32,000 bases of DNA. Origin: Candidatus Synechococcus calcipolaris G9 (GTDB taxonomy: Bacteria; Cyanobacteriota; Cyanobacteriia; Thermosynechococcales; Thermosynechococcaceae). The notes under the pieces were generated by a model that saw only the letters and a program-made list of their open reading frames with translations, did no database searches and was not told where the DNA came from. Positions 1 to 8,940 of this stretch are shown piece by piece. The DNA lies in NCBI RefSeq assembly GCF_029582805.1, contig NZ_JAKKUT010000002.1, positions 1,886,942-1,918,941 of the forward strand, written 5' to 3'. Position 1 is the first letter of the stretch; each line of letters starts with the position of its first letter. Made by a program: the position numbers and the translations under genes.

Positions 1-586
1 GGCCATAGCCTACGGCATTGAGCCGCTTCAGAGCCGCAATGGATTTTTGGAATGTGCCACTCCCCCGCTGGCGATCGGTCGTTTGCCCCTGGTAGTCCGG
101 CAAGGAACAGATAATTTCCACCTGGTTTTCTGCTAACCATTGGGGTAAATCCTCCATGCCTGGGAGCAATAGGACGGTCAAGTTACAGCGATCGATCACC
201 TTCTTGCCCCGATACCTTGCTTGGGTCACTAAATAACGAAAATGGCGATTTAACTCAGGGGCACCGCCGGTAATATCCACGGTATGGGCCGTTGTTTGAT
301 CCAATGCCGTCAGACAGGCCTCAATGGTTTCTCGATCCATATTTTCTTGGGTGCGCGTGGGGCCCGCATCCACATGGCAATGACTACAGGCCATATTACA
401 AAGCTTGCCCACATTGATTTGTAGAATATCTAGGGTGACCGGGCGTAGTTCAGTCCACTGGTGCGCCTTGAGGGCCTCTTGAAAATGTCCCCCATGGGGA
501 GTTTGGCTTAAATCAAGGGCCCCTAAGGTAGCTAATTGGTTTGCTGGGGCAAGGACTGGAATACGAGAAGTTGACACAGGCGGCAT
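1..586 (-). CDS. arsS: Radical SAM/Cys-rich domain protein, ArsS-like (arsenosugar biosynthesis family); 3' end lies outside the window
   Basis: Own translation of the minus strand from the ATG at 586: MPPVSTSRIPVLAP...ILQINVGKLCNMACSHCHVDAGP (CxxxCxxC radical-SAM motif)...VDITGGAPELN...IDRCNLTVL...SLPDYQGQTTDRQRGSGTFQKSIAALKRLNAVGYG. It is absent from the ORF track because it runs off the window edge. Confidence 0.65.
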   Translation of the reverse strand, partial: MPPVSTSRIPVLAPANQLATLGALDLSQTPHGGHFQEALKAHQWTELRPVTLDILQINVGKLCNMACSHCHVDAGPTRTQENMDRETIEACLTALDQTTAHTVDITGGAPELNRHFRYLVTQARYRGKKVIDRCNLTVLLLPGMEDLPQWLAENQVEIICSLPDYQGQTTDRQRGSGTFQKSIAALKRLNAVGYG

Positions 587-646
587 TTTTTCTTGCCATC
601 ATAATATAAAGGACAGTTAATTTTTAGCTAATCCTGCCATCGTGAA

Positions 647-847
647 CTAGTTCAAAAAACTTTCATATTCATCATGATCACCGATCCATATCCAGTAATA
701 ATTGTCTCCCTTCTTTAAGGCCAATGCTCGATACCCGCCACTGATGCGAGCAGACCAAAGGTTATTGCCAATTTTCTTAGAGTGCAAGGATGGATGAAGT
801 GCGTTTTCCTGCCAAAGTCGATAAGCTTTCCGTGCTTGCTCTTGCAT
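647..847 (-). CDS. RelE/ParE-superfamily (ParE-like) toxin, apparently N-terminally truncated by an upstream in-frame TGA
   Basis: 66-aa ORF with HPSLHSKKI...WSARISGGYRALALKKGDNYYWIWIGDHDEYESFL, a pattern typical of small cyanobacterial ParE/RelE-like toxins. It lies directly downstream of a small antitoxin-like ORF. The same frame continues upstream to an ATG at 904 through a TGA at 875-877. Confidence 0.6.
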   Translation of the reverse strand: MQEQARKAYRLWQENALHPSLHSKKIGNNLWSARISGGYRALALKKGDNYYWIWIGDHDEYESFLN

Positions 848-881
848 TTCAGGTGAAAGTTCAGCATAGGCTTTTCAAAAA

Positions 882-1103
882 TCAGCTGTTGCGAAGGACT
901 TCATCTAGATACTGCACATTATTAGTCGCTATATCTGCCTCTGCTTTAGCGATCAAGTGATCTAGTTTCCCTGCTACAAAATCTGCTTCAATCTGTCTAT
1001 CCCACATTTCATCAAGATATTTCTGGAGCCAGTTTACCAGAGCGCGAATTTCACTCTCTGGCAGTTGCTTAATAGCTGACTCAACTTCTAAGCGATTAGT
1101 CAT
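882..1103 (-). CDS. Small antitoxin-like protein partnering the ParE/RelE-like toxin
   Basis: ORF 882..1133. The start is probably MTNRLEVESAIKQLPESEIRALVNWLQKYLDEMWDRQIEADFVAGKLDHLI at the ATG at 1103, with 1133 as an alternative. It is small, acidic and helical, and lies immediately upstream of the toxin on the same strand. Confidence 0.55.
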   Translation of the reverse strand: MTNRLEVESAIKQLPESEIRALVNWLQKYLDEMWDRQIEADFVAGKLDHLIAKAEADIATNNVQYLDEVLRNS

Positions 1104-1287
1104 TCGACACCCACATTTGAAGATTAAGTCCATTTTATCGCCAATTATGGCTAAGGGGTGAGTGCCGTTGGAATTCCATTAGATGGTAGTTGCTTGGCTT
1201 CTTGCTCCAGCACTTCGGGGGATGGTGTTGCGTGAGACAATTAATCAAATCCAAAAACTGCAACTTGAGTCTTGGGATTAGATCGTT

Positions 1288-1638
1288 TCACCACGGGAGA
1301 TACTGAATTTGCCCTTCCAACTCTCCCTCCTGACTGCACTCTACAAGCACAAGCAAATCTTCAATTACCTGGCCGACTGGAGAATCCGTGGCGATTTCGA
1401 TCACTCCTGGCATGGGCTGTCCTTGCCTTACGCGATCGTAGGCGTAACGAGTAATCGTCGCAACATCATGAGTCAACAGAACACGCCCTTCTTGTGCTGC
1501 CCAGTCTAAGATGGCCGAATCATCCATGCCCGACAACCCGACATCTTGAACACGAACCATGTCAAGCATCGGATTGCGCCGAAACAAGCCTCGACAGATC
1601 GTGTTATCGAAGTTCTCATCCACAAGCAACTTTAACAT
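1288..1638 (-). CDS. DUF5615-family PIN-like (Mut7-C-type) putative toxin
   Basis: 116 aa, MLKLLVDENFDNTICRGL...DDSAILDWAAQEGRVLLTHD. The N-terminal acidic D-E-N motif and the LTHD motif are typical of DUF5615. It overlaps the upstream DUF433 gene by 7 nt. Confidence 0.7.
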   Translation of the reverse strand: MLKLLVDENFDNTICRGLFRRNPMLDMVRVQDVGLSGMDDSAILDWAAQEGRVLLTHDVATITRYAYDRVRQGQPMPGVIEIATDSPVGQVIEDLLVLVECSQEGELEGQIQYLPW

Positions 1639-1970
1639 GCTTCTTGATCTGCTCTACGGGCAAACAGTCGATCTCGTATGCTTTGCGGGTCAAATCTTGC
1701 TTGATTCATTTCCCGAATCTCTTGTGCGTACTGCCGTCGCTGTTGCAAGTAGGCTTCTACTTCCGATGGGTGCTTGAGATAGAAAGCGATTGTGGCATAA
1801 ACGTCAGCTAACTTGAGTGATGGATAACGGTAAATAATCTCCTCTGCTGTCGCACCCTGATTGAAAACGGTAACTACAGTATCCAATGAGACGCGAGTTT
1901 TCCCGACGAGAATTACACCATCTTCGTTTGGTAATAGGGGAGCAAGTTCAGCCACGATTGCTAGTGTCAT
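1632..1970 (-). CDS. DUF433-domain putative antitoxin
   Basis: 112 aa with GKTRVSLDTVVTVFNQGATAEEIIYRYPSLKLADVYATIAFYL, the characteristic DUF433 core. It forms the classic DUF433/DUF5615 gene pair. Confidence 0.7.
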   Translation of the reverse strand: MTLAIVAELAPLLPNEDGVILVGKTRVSLDTVVTVFNQGATAEEIIYRYPSLKLADVYATIAFYLKHPSEVEAYLQQRRQYAQEIREMNQARFDPQSIRDRLFARRADQEAC

Positions 1971-2014
1971 AAGTACCTTTAGAGGGTTTATCCTGCATTT
2001 ACAGTACGATATGC

Positions 2015-2050
2015 TATTACCTATTAATAGTAGTCTTTGAATAGGTAATA
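2015..2050. promoter_or_regulatory. Perfect 11-bp inverted repeat (TATTACCTATT-N14-AATAGGTAATA) between the gloA stop and the DUF433 start
   Basis: Read directly: 2015-2025 is the reverse complement of 2040-2050. It lies in the 85-nt gap upstream of the TA operon. It is a candidate antitoxin operator or a gloA terminator hairpin, although no U-tract follows it on the minus strand. Confidence 0.35.
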
Positions 2051-2055
2051 TTTGA

Positions 2056-2442
2056 CTAAGATTTAACCTCGATCAACTCCACTTTATAGCCATCGGGATC
2101 TTCAACAAAGGCAATCACTGTGGTGCCGTGCTTCATCGGCCCTGGGGGGCGAATAATTTTACCGCCTTTACTGGAAATTGCATCACAGGTTGCATAAATG
2201 TCGTCCACGCCAATGGCAATGTGGCCGTAGGCATTCCCTAGGTCGTAGGAGGTAGTTCCCCAGTTATGGGTTAATTCCAGAACCGTCTCTTGGGATTCAT
2301 CCCCATAGCCAATAAAGGCCAGGGTAAACTCACCCCCTGGATAATCCTGACGACGCAGGAGGGACATTCCTAGAACATTGCAGTAAAAATCTAGGGATTT
2401 CTCTAGATTGCCCACTCGGAGCATCGTGTGCAAAAGTCGCAT
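2056..2442 (-). CDS. gloA: Lactoylglutathione lyase (glyoxalase I)
   Basis: 128 aa, [26 protein letters not shown]...LELTHNWG...[12 protein letters not shown]...[15 protein letters not shown]. This is the canonical GloA pattern, including the metal-ligand H/E positions. Confidence 0.9.
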   Translation of the reverse strand: MRLLHTMLRVGNLEKSLDFYCNVLGMSLLRRQDYPGGEFTLAFIGYGDESQETVLELTHNWGTTSYDLGNAYGHIAIGVDDIYATCDAISSKGGKIIRPPGPMKHGTTVIAFVEDPDGYKVELIEVKS

Positions 2443-2537
2443 AGGAATTAACCCAAACCCAACAAAATGACGATACTACCTTAGAAAGGCATCGGAGTAC
2501 CAGTGATTGTTGACCAGACTTTTTGACTAAAGTCGAT

Positions 2538-2720
2538 CTAGTCTAGGGACTCTTTAATCTTGTCTTTGACATTCTCGATGGTATGACCAATCTGTGCTTC
2601 GGTTTGCTTGGCTTTTCCTTCCAGTTTGGCTTCGGGATCTCCGGTGATTTCACCGACGGCTTCTTGGATCTTGCCTTCAATGTTTTTAGCAGTCGCTTTG
2701 ATTTTGTCATCTAAGCCCAT
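2538..2720 (-). CDS. CsbD-family general stress protein
   Basis: MGLDDKIKATAKNIEGKIQEAVGEITGDPEAKLEGKAKQTEAQIGHTIENVKDKIKESLD. The ATG at 2720 is preceded by an AAGGAG Shine-Dalgarno sequence. The longer ORF-track start at 2789 is unlikely. Confidence 0.8.
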   Translation of the reverse strand: MGLDDKIKATAKNIEGKIQEAVGEITGDPEAKLEGKAKQTEAQIGHTIENVKDKIKESLD

Positions 2721-2930
2721 GGTAGACTCCTTTAAGCGAAAATTTGCTATGAACACCTCAAGTCTAACATCCATACAAAGATTAGACAAATATTAGTATA
2801 AATATTGGCAATATTGGCGGTGCAAAACGGCTGTAGCGTAGAATTGCAAGGGGAGTGTAAATCCCATTCGTTCAAATTCAAACAGACTCAGAATTAGCAA
2901 CGCAAGATTAAATAGAGGTGATCCTGCCCC

Positions 2931-3551
2931 ATGGCCACCATTGCAATCGTCGATTACGATATGGGTAATTTACATTCGGTCTGTAAGGGACTAGATGTCG
3001 TTGGCGGCCAACCGACCATTAGCGATCGCCCGGAGGAGCTTTGGGCTGCGGATGGGGTGGTCTTGCCGGGGGTGGGTTCCTTTGATCCAGCAATGGAGCA
3101 GTTGCGGCGGCGGGGATTAGGAACGGTTATTCAAGAAATTATTGCCAGTGGTAAACCGTTTTTAGGGATTTGCTTAGGTTTACAAATCTTGTTTCAGGGA
3201 AGCGAAGAGGGAACGGAACCCGGTTTAGGGGTATTTTCAGGGATGGTGAAGCATTTTCAAGCCGAACCCCATTTAACCATTCCCCACATGGGCTGGAATC
3301 AGTTGGAGTTTAGCCAATGCAATCATCCCTGCTGGCAAAATTTACCCCCCCAACCCTGGGTCTATTTTGTCCATTCCTATTATGTGGCCCCGGAAGACCC
3401 GCAGCTAACGGCGGCCTATGTCACCCACGGCCAGCAGCGGGTAACGGCGGCGATCGCCCAGGGGAATGTGATCGCAAGTCAGTTTCACCCGGAAAAATCT
3501 GGGCCCACGGGGCTACAGATCTTGAAAAATTTTGTTCAATCCCTGAGTTAG
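2931..3551 (+). CDS. hisH: Imidazole glycerol phosphate synthase, glutamine amidotransferase subunit
   Basis: 206 aa, IAIVDYDMGNLHSVCKGL...PGVGSF...GKPFLGICLGLQ...HMGWN...FVHSYY...QFHPEKS. This is a class I GATase with the Cys-His-Glu triad context typical of HisH. Confidence 0.92.
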   Translation: MATIAIVDYDMGNLHSVCKGLDVVGGQPTISDRPEELWAADGVVLPGVGSFDPAMEQLRRRGLGTVIQEIIASGKPFLGICLGLQILFQGSEEGTEPGLGVFSGMVKHFQAEPHLTIPHMGWNQLEFSQCNHPCWQNLPPQPWVYFVHSYYVAPEDPQLTAAYVTHGQQRVTAAIAQGNVIASQFHPEKSGPTGLQILKNFVQSLS

Positions 3552-3557
3552 GGCATT

Positions 3558-4769
3558 ATGGCGATCGCTTCCCAGACATTGATCACGGCTGAACTGAGCA
3601 ACGCCCTAGACCAAGGGTGGTTAAACCCGGCCCACGCCCAGCCACTCCTAGAACAGGCCTACCAATGTGCCTCTGCCTTGGTAGATAGGTTAGACCCATT
3701 AGATCAGCTACCGCCCCTTCTCCAGGATGTGCAGAGGAGTGCCGATCACCTCCGTCACCGTCAGGTGGGCGATCGCGTCACCTATGTGATTAATCGAAAT
3801 ATTAACTTTACTAATATCTGTGAGCAGCACTGTGGCTTTTGTGCCTTTCGTCGCGATGCTAATACTCCTGGAGCCTACTGGCTCACCCCAGATGAAATTT
3901 TAGAAAAAACCGCCGCCGGAGTCGAGCAAGGAGCCACAGAAATTTGTATGCAGGGGGGGCTCAATCCAGAGGCAAAGCAAGGGGGGAGATCGCTGGCGTA
4001 CTATGTACAGTTGGTCAAAACCATTAAACAGGCCTTTCCCCAACTTCATCTCCATGCCTTTTCCCCCCAGGAAATTCAGTTCATTGCCCGTCAGGATGAT
4101 CTAGGCTACGAGCAGGTAATTGCCAGCCTCCAAGCCGCAGGGGTAGATTCCCTGCCCGGAACCGCCGCCGAGGTCTTAGTGGATCCCGTGCGCCGGATGA
4201 TCTGTCCTGAAAAAATCAATACGGCAACCTGGCTAGAAATTATTACTACCGCCCATCGCCTCGGCCTTTGGACCACCAGTACGATGCTCTCTGGTCATAT
4301 TGAAACTGCAGCGGATCAAGTTGCCCATTTAGCCCAGCTGCGACGACTCCAAGAGACGGCCCTAGAGCGAGGCTATCCCGGTCGTATCAGTGAATTTATT
4401 CTCTTACCCTACGTGGGAGAGCAAGCTCCCCGGCCGATGCAGCGTTTAGTGGGCCATTCCCAACCCCGTTTACTGCCCACCTTGATTTTGACGGCGATCG
4501 CCCGTTTAATGTTAGGATGCTGGATTCCGAATCATCAGCCCAGTTGGGTCAAATTAGGCCTAGCAGGGGCAACAACGGCCCTGAATTGGGGATGCAATGA
4601 TCTTGGTGGCACATTGATGGAGGAACATATTACAACCATGGCTGGGGCAATGGGCGGAACCGCAATGACGGTTAATCAGTTACGGACGGCCATTCACAGC
4701 CTAGGGCGATCGCCCCAGCAACGGACGACCTTGTACCATCTCCTAGGAGAGTCTTGTCATGCAGCCTGA
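3558..4769 (+). CDS. cofH: FO (7,8-didemethyl-8-hydroxy-5-deazariboflavin) synthase subunit CofH, radical SAM
   Basis: 403 aa. It has [16 protein letters not shown] (a CxxxCxxC motif), [13 protein letters not shown] and HLHAFSPQE, typical of the CofH/CofG/MqnC clade. Cyanobacteria use cofG/cofH for the photolyase cofactor. Confidence 0.7.
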   Translation: MAIASQTLITAELSNALDQGWLNPAHAQPLLEQAYQCASALVDRLDPLDQLPPLLQDVQRSADHLRHRQVGDRVTYVINRNINFTNICEQHCGFCAFRRDANTPGAYWLTPDEILEKTAAGVEQGATEICMQGGLNPEAKQGGRSLAYYVQLVKTIKQAFPQLHLHAFSPQEIQFIARQDDLGYEQVIASLQAAGVDSLPGTAAEVLVDPVRRMICPEKINTATWLEIITTAHRLGLWTTSTMLSGHIETAADQVAHLAQLRRLQETALERGYPGRISEFILLPYVGEQAPRPMQRLVGHSQPRLLPTLILTAIARLMLGCWIPNHQPSWVKLGLAGATTALNWGCNDLGGTLMEEHITTMAGAMGGTAMTVNQLRTAIHSLGRSPQQRTTLYHLLGESCHAA

Positions 4770-6402
4770 GGTTCAAACCAATCCCATCCTCCCCCCCCGT
4801 CCCAACCGCAAACCCCTGATCTGGCTGGGTGTCGGTCTAGCCACCGTAGCGATCGCCGCTGGTGTGGGCTACTGGGCCTGGCAACGGATGCTCCGAAAAT
4901 CTCTCCCAGCGGGTATGTCCCTGGTGCCCCAATCAGCCCTGTATACCCTGTCTGTGTCCACGGTTCCTGAGCATTGGCAACCCCTAGCCGATCGGGATAT
5001 TCTCAAGGCCCTCCCCTGGTTAAATCAATCCTTTGGACCGGTGGATCAAGAGGGGGTGAACATTGCCAATATTGATTATCTCAGGGATATTCGCCCCTGG
5101 ATTGGGGATCAGGCCACCGTGGCCGTCCTTCCCATTTCCCCAGAGACGGTGCTAGGTTCCCCAGAGCAGCCCCAGGTGTGGGTTGTCCCCGTGATTGATG
5201 TTCCTGGGGCCCAAACTTTGCTACAACGCTATAGCCAAAACCCCATTGAGGAAGTTGGTGATGCGGTGATCTATGAAGCCCCGGACTTTATTGGCGATAG
5301 GATAGGAGGCGGTAATCGCAATGGGGCGATCGCCCTAGTCCGCCACGATGATAGTCCCTACTTAGTTTGGAGTAATATCCCCGCCACCCTGCGCCAAGTG
5401 ATTATGACCAGTAAACAGGGGGATTCCGTGGCGGATTTACCCCGATATGCAGCGGCGGTGGCAGACACAACGACATCGGGGCAACGTTTAGCGGAAATCT
5501 ACATTAACGTACCCGCCCTTTTGGGATATACCCGTAGTGGAGATGGGGATAGCGCAGATGGGGCTAATGCCGCCGGTCTGGGCAATGACCTCCAGGGCTT
5601 TGTCGCCTCGGTGAGTTTACAACCCAATCAGGTGAACCTCCAGGCCGTTACCTGGTTGCCCGCCAATAGCGATCGCGCCTTGGTTCCAGAAACACGGGTA
5701 CAAAACCTCAGCGATCGCCTGCCCCAGGATACCGCCTTCTTTTACAGTACGGGGAATACCCAACAGTTTTGGCAAAACGCACCGGACGGGCTGCAAAAAT
5801 CCATTGGCAGCGGCCTCAAGGATATGACGGGACTTGATTGGCAAACGGATTTTATGACTTGGCTGGATGGGGAATTTGCAGCGGCGATCGTACCAACCCA
5901 ACGTCAATACCCAGCCTTTGGTCTAGTGTTCTTAGCGGAAACCAGCGAAGATGCCCGCGCCAATGGGGCCCTGAGTCAACTAGATCAGGCCATGGGCGAT
6001 CGACTGCAATGGATGATCGACCAGAGTACCCAGGATGACCTGACCGTAACCACCTGGAAAATTCCGCCGGGTTTGCCCGTGGCCTACCATGGCTGGTTGG
6101 ACAATCGCACCCTCTTTTTAAGTTTGGGCCCCGCCCTGATGAATCAGTTGGTACCACCGCCCCGGCCCTCCCTCGGTCAATCCCCCCTGTTTCGTTCTGT
6201 CATTACCGCAAATAGTAGTAGCCAGCTATTTATCAATTTCAGCGATTTGGGCAGACTAACCAATAGTCCCCTATTGCCGGAGTTGGGAGGTAATCTGCGC
6301 CAGTCCCTCGCTCCCATTCAGGCCCTAGGGATGAGTAGTACCATTCGGGATGCGAATAGTAGTCGTTATGATGTGCGAATTCTCCTCCATCCTGATGAAT
6401 AA
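4759..6402 (+). CDS. Conserved cyanobacterial membrane-anchored protein (DUF3352-like)
   Basis: 547-aa ORF with a single N-terminal TM segment ([22 protein letters not shown]). It contains HIP1 sites and overlaps the end of cofH by 11 nt. The DUF label comes from memory of its size and taxonomic pattern only. Confidence 0.5.
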   Translation: MQPEVQTNPILPPRPNRKPLIWLGVGLATVAIAAGVGYWAWQRMLRKSLPAGMSLVPQSALYTLSVSTVPEHWQPLADRDILKALPWLNQSFGPVDQEGVNIANIDYLRDIRPWIGDQATVAVLPISPETVLGSPEQPQVWVVPVIDVPGAQTLLQRYSQNPIEEVGDAVIYEAPDFIGDRIGGGNRNGAIALVRHDDSPYLVWSNIPATLRQVIMTSKQGDSVADLPRYAAAVADTTTSGQRLAEIYINVPALLGYTRSGDGDSADGANAAGLGNDLQGFVASVSLQPNQVNLQAVTWLPANSDRALVPETRVQNLSDRLPQDTAFFYSTGNTQQFWQNAPDGLQKSIGSGLKDMTGLDWQTDFMTWLDGEFAAAIVPTQRQYPAFGLVFLAETSEDARANGALSQLDQAMGDRLQWMIDQSTQDDLTVTTWKIPPGLPVAYHGWLDNRTLFLSLGPALMNQLVPPPRPSLGQSPLFRSVITANSSSQLFINFSDLGRLTNSPLLPELGGNLRQSLAPIQALGMSSTIRDANSSRYDVRILLHPDE

Positions 6403-6417
6403 TTCTGGAGACACTTT

Positions 6418-7350
6418 GTGAATGCGGAAGAATTGTTAAAGGCCTATGGGGCGGGAGAACGAGATTTTCAGGGAGTCAATTTACGCCACGTTAATCTGAG
6501 TCGAGCCTGCCTAGAGCGGATCAATTTAAGTCGTTCAAACCTGGCAGATGCGGGACTTCAGGGAGCCAATTTGCAGGGGGCAGATCTCTGCGGAGCTATC
6601 CTCAGTGAGGTGAGTCTCAGTCATGCGGATCTACGGGGAGCGGATCTGCGGGGGGTGATTTTAACCAGTGGGGATCTCCGTCGCGTCATTCTTCGGAAAA
6701 CAAACCTGACCGGGGCAGATCTCAGTCGGGCCAATTTAGCCAATGCGGATCTCAGTGAAGCCAATCTCACCGGAGCCCAATTGAGCGAAGCCATTCTCCG
6801 GGAGGCAGATCTAACCCTAGCGGATCTAACCCTAGCGGAGTTAGAGCGGGCCAACTTAACCCGAGCGAACCTGACGGAGGCCTACCTGCGGGGCGCAGAC
6901 CTAGCCGATGCCGTTCTCCGGGAAGCCCAACTGCCCCAAGCCAACCTGCGGGGGTCTAATCTCAGCAATACTGACCTACAGCAAACTAATCTAGAGCGGG
7001 CTATTCTGATTGGGGCCAATCTGCGGGGAGCCCGTTTAGAGGAAGCCAATCTACGCCAAGCCTCGTTCAAAGAAGCGAATCTACGCCATGCCTGCCTAGA
7101 TAAAGCCAATTTAGTGGGGGCAGATCTGCGGGGTGTTAGTCTGGCGCGATCGCTCCTGCGGGGGGCCGATCTCAGTGATGCAATTTTGATTGGAGCCAAT
7201 CTGATGGGGGCTAACCTGAGTGATGCTACGCTGCGGGGAGCCAATCTCATTGAGGCAATTTTGACCGGAGCGAGTATGTCTGGGGTTGATTTGACCGGTG
7301 TTGATCTGAGCCAAGCCGTCATGCCCGATGGGGTACTATCGGATATTTAA
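6418..7350 (+). CDS. Pentapeptide-repeat protein
   Basis: 310 aa, almost entirely A(D/N)LxX repeats such as ANLQGADLCGAILSEVSLSHADLRGADLRG. It uses a GTG start. Confidence 0.9.
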   Translation: MNAEELLKAYGAGERDFQGVNLRHVNLSRACLERINLSRSNLADAGLQGANLQGADLCGAILSEVSLSHADLRGADLRGVILTSGDLRRVILRKTNLTGADLSRANLANADLSEANLTGAQLSEAILREADLTLADLTLAELERANLTRANLTEAYLRGADLADAVLREAQLPQANLRGSNLSNTDLQQTNLERAILIGANLRGARLEEANLRQASFKEANLRHACLDKANLVGADLRGVSLARSLLRGADLSDAILIGANLMGANLSDATLRGANLIEAILTGASMSGVDLTGVDLSQAVMPDGVLSDI

Positions 7351-7389
7351 GACAAGTACTTAAGACGGATATGTAGGAGCTAAAACCCA

Positions 7390-8940
7390 TTGGTGTCACC
7401 TCTCTCGTCCCGATCTCAGCCCCTAGGTCTGTCTAGGGTGGGTTGGATATTCCATCTAGCTTTAGTGTTGATTTTAACCCTGAGTTGGCTGCACGTCACC
7501 CAAGGGGCCTGGATGTGGCTCCTGGGTAGGGTGGCGGCAGGTTGGCCAAGTCCGTTGGGAATCCTGATCCTAGGTTCAGTCCTTGGCGGGGTAATCTATG
7601 GTGTACGATTTCTGGGTTGGCGATTTAGACTGGTCGCACTAGCACCTCGGCCTCTTCCGTTCCTATTCATGGTGGGCATGGCGATCGCCACGGTGGTAGA
7701 GCCATACCTTTTAGCCTTGCCCCAATTAGCTGCCGTATTTTGGTTAATGAGTGCCTACGGGTTCCTAGGCTTAGTGATCTCTAAGGAGCGTTGGCAGCGG
7801 GGATTGAGTTTCGGTATTTTGGCGGCGGTGATCCTTCCCTTTAGCCTAGATATGAATGTGGGATTGGGGTTTCCCCTGCGGCTGTGGACAGCAAATACGG
7901 TCGCCCATCTCTTTAGCCAACTGGGTGGGACAGTGATCACCTCCCAGGATATTGTGGTACTGGAAAATACCTTTGCTCAGGTGGACTTGCCCTGTAGTGG
8001 TCTCAAGGGGTTGGGAGTGGGCTTTATTTTTTTCCTGCTGATCACTTGTGTAGAGCGGTGTTCCATGGGTATAGGTTGGCTCTTGGTCTGCCTAACCCAG
8101 GGATTACTCCTAATAGTTGCCAATGTGGGACGGGTGGCTATTTTGGTATTTTTGGGAGCAATCCACCAAGAACGTTTGGCGGCAATTCTCCATGTGCCCT
8201 TGGGGGTGATCGGCTTTATCACCTGTCTGTTGGTTACCTGGGTTCTACTGCGTTGTTTGCCAAAAATAGAACTGAAAACAGTACCAAAAACAGATAGGTA
8301 TCCTGCCCCTAGGACAGAAAAGGACGGGCGATCGCCCCTAGGTATCTCTCCATGGCCCTTGGGAATGGCCACCCTTGTTTTTCTGGTTTTGATGGGACTT
8401 CCTCCGGCTTCCCTCGGCACAACAGGTTTAGCTGATTTGCACCATCTCCCTTGGCCAGCCTCCCTGGAGCGGCAAGTCCTGGCCCTTTCTCCCCTAGAAG
8501 AAACCTTTTTTGCCCAGATACCGGGAACGATTGTTACCAAGGAAGCCTTTGCACAGGGAGACATCTCAGGCACATTTTTAGTGGTGGGTAGTTCCTCCTG
8601 GCGATCGCACCACGCGCCAGAGCAATGTTTTCAGGGGAATGGGTTTCAGTTAACCTCCCTGACGGAAACGACTCTGGGGCCCAATTTGCCGGTACATTGG
8701 TTGACCTTAAATGGGGGAGCGCAAACGGCAGCCTATTGGTTTCAATCACCCCAGCGGATTACACCCCACTACCTGGATCGTTTTTGGGCCAGTCTTGGGC
8801 GATCGCCGGCCAACTCTTGGCTGATGGTGTCGATCCTATTTGATCCCGGGTATCCAGCCACGGATCCCCAGATCCAGGATTTAGCCCAAACGATCCAAGA
8901 AACCCTTCAGTCCGCTTGGCAGGAGTCCTCCCATGGGTAG
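7390..8940 (+). CDS. Exosortase-family protein (cyanoexosortase B-like) with a fused C-terminal EpsI-like domain
   Basis: 516 aa and multi-TM. It carries the three exosortase catalytic signatures: VDLPCSGLKGL (Cys), ANVGRVAILVF (Arg) and ILHVPLGVIGF (His). The soluble C-terminal ~200 aa carries HHAPEQCFQGNGF, resembling the EpsI HxPExCLxGxGW motif. The TTG/GTG start at 7390-7395 is uncertain. Confidence 0.75.
   Translation: MVSPLSSRSQPLGLSRVGWIFHLALVLILTLSWLHVTQGAWMWLLGRVAAGWPSPLGILILGSVLGGVIYGVRFLGWRFRLVALAPRPLPFLFMVGMAIATVVEPYLLALPQLAAVFWLMSAYGFLGLVISKERWQRGLSFGILAAVILPFSLDMNVGLGFPLRLWTANTVAHLFSQLGGTVITSQDIVVLENTFAQVDLPCSGLKGLGVGFIFFLLITCVERCSMGIGWLLVCLTQGLLLIVANVGRVAILVFLGAIHQERLAAILHVPLGVIGFITCLLVTWVLLRCLPKIELKTVPKTDRYPAPRTEKDGRSPLGISPWPLGMATLVFLVLMGLPPASLGTTGLADLHHLPWPASLERQVLALSPLEETFFAQIPGTIVTKEAFAQGDISGTFLVVGSSSWRSHHAPEQCFQGNGFQLTSLTETTLGPNLPVHWLTLNGGAQTAAYWFQSPQRITPHYLDRFWASLGRSPANSWLMVSILFDPGYPATDPQIQDLAQTIQETLQSAWQESSHG

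Noticed and set aside
1272-1811. Plus-strand ORFs (60-105 aa) overlapping the DUF5615/DUF433 genes
   Set aside because: They are antisense to a well-supported TA pair and have no recognisable motifs.
2801-2818. Tandem AATATTGGC AATATTGGC in the csbD/hisH divergent intergenic region
   Set aside because: This is only two 9-nt units with no supporting context. It could be a small slippage duplication or a promoter element but cannot be supported.
3317-3592. 91-aa plus-strand ORF overlapping the end of hisH and the start of cofH
   Set aside because: It is an out-of-frame overlap with two well-supported genes, and its product is Pro/Gly-rich.
6621-7322. Long antisense ORFs (77, 146 and 67 aa) rich in Arg/Ser/Ala opposite the pentapeptide-repeat gene
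   Set aside because: They are artefacts of the low-complexity 15-nt periodic repeat, which stays open on the complementary strand. They have no start context or independent motif.
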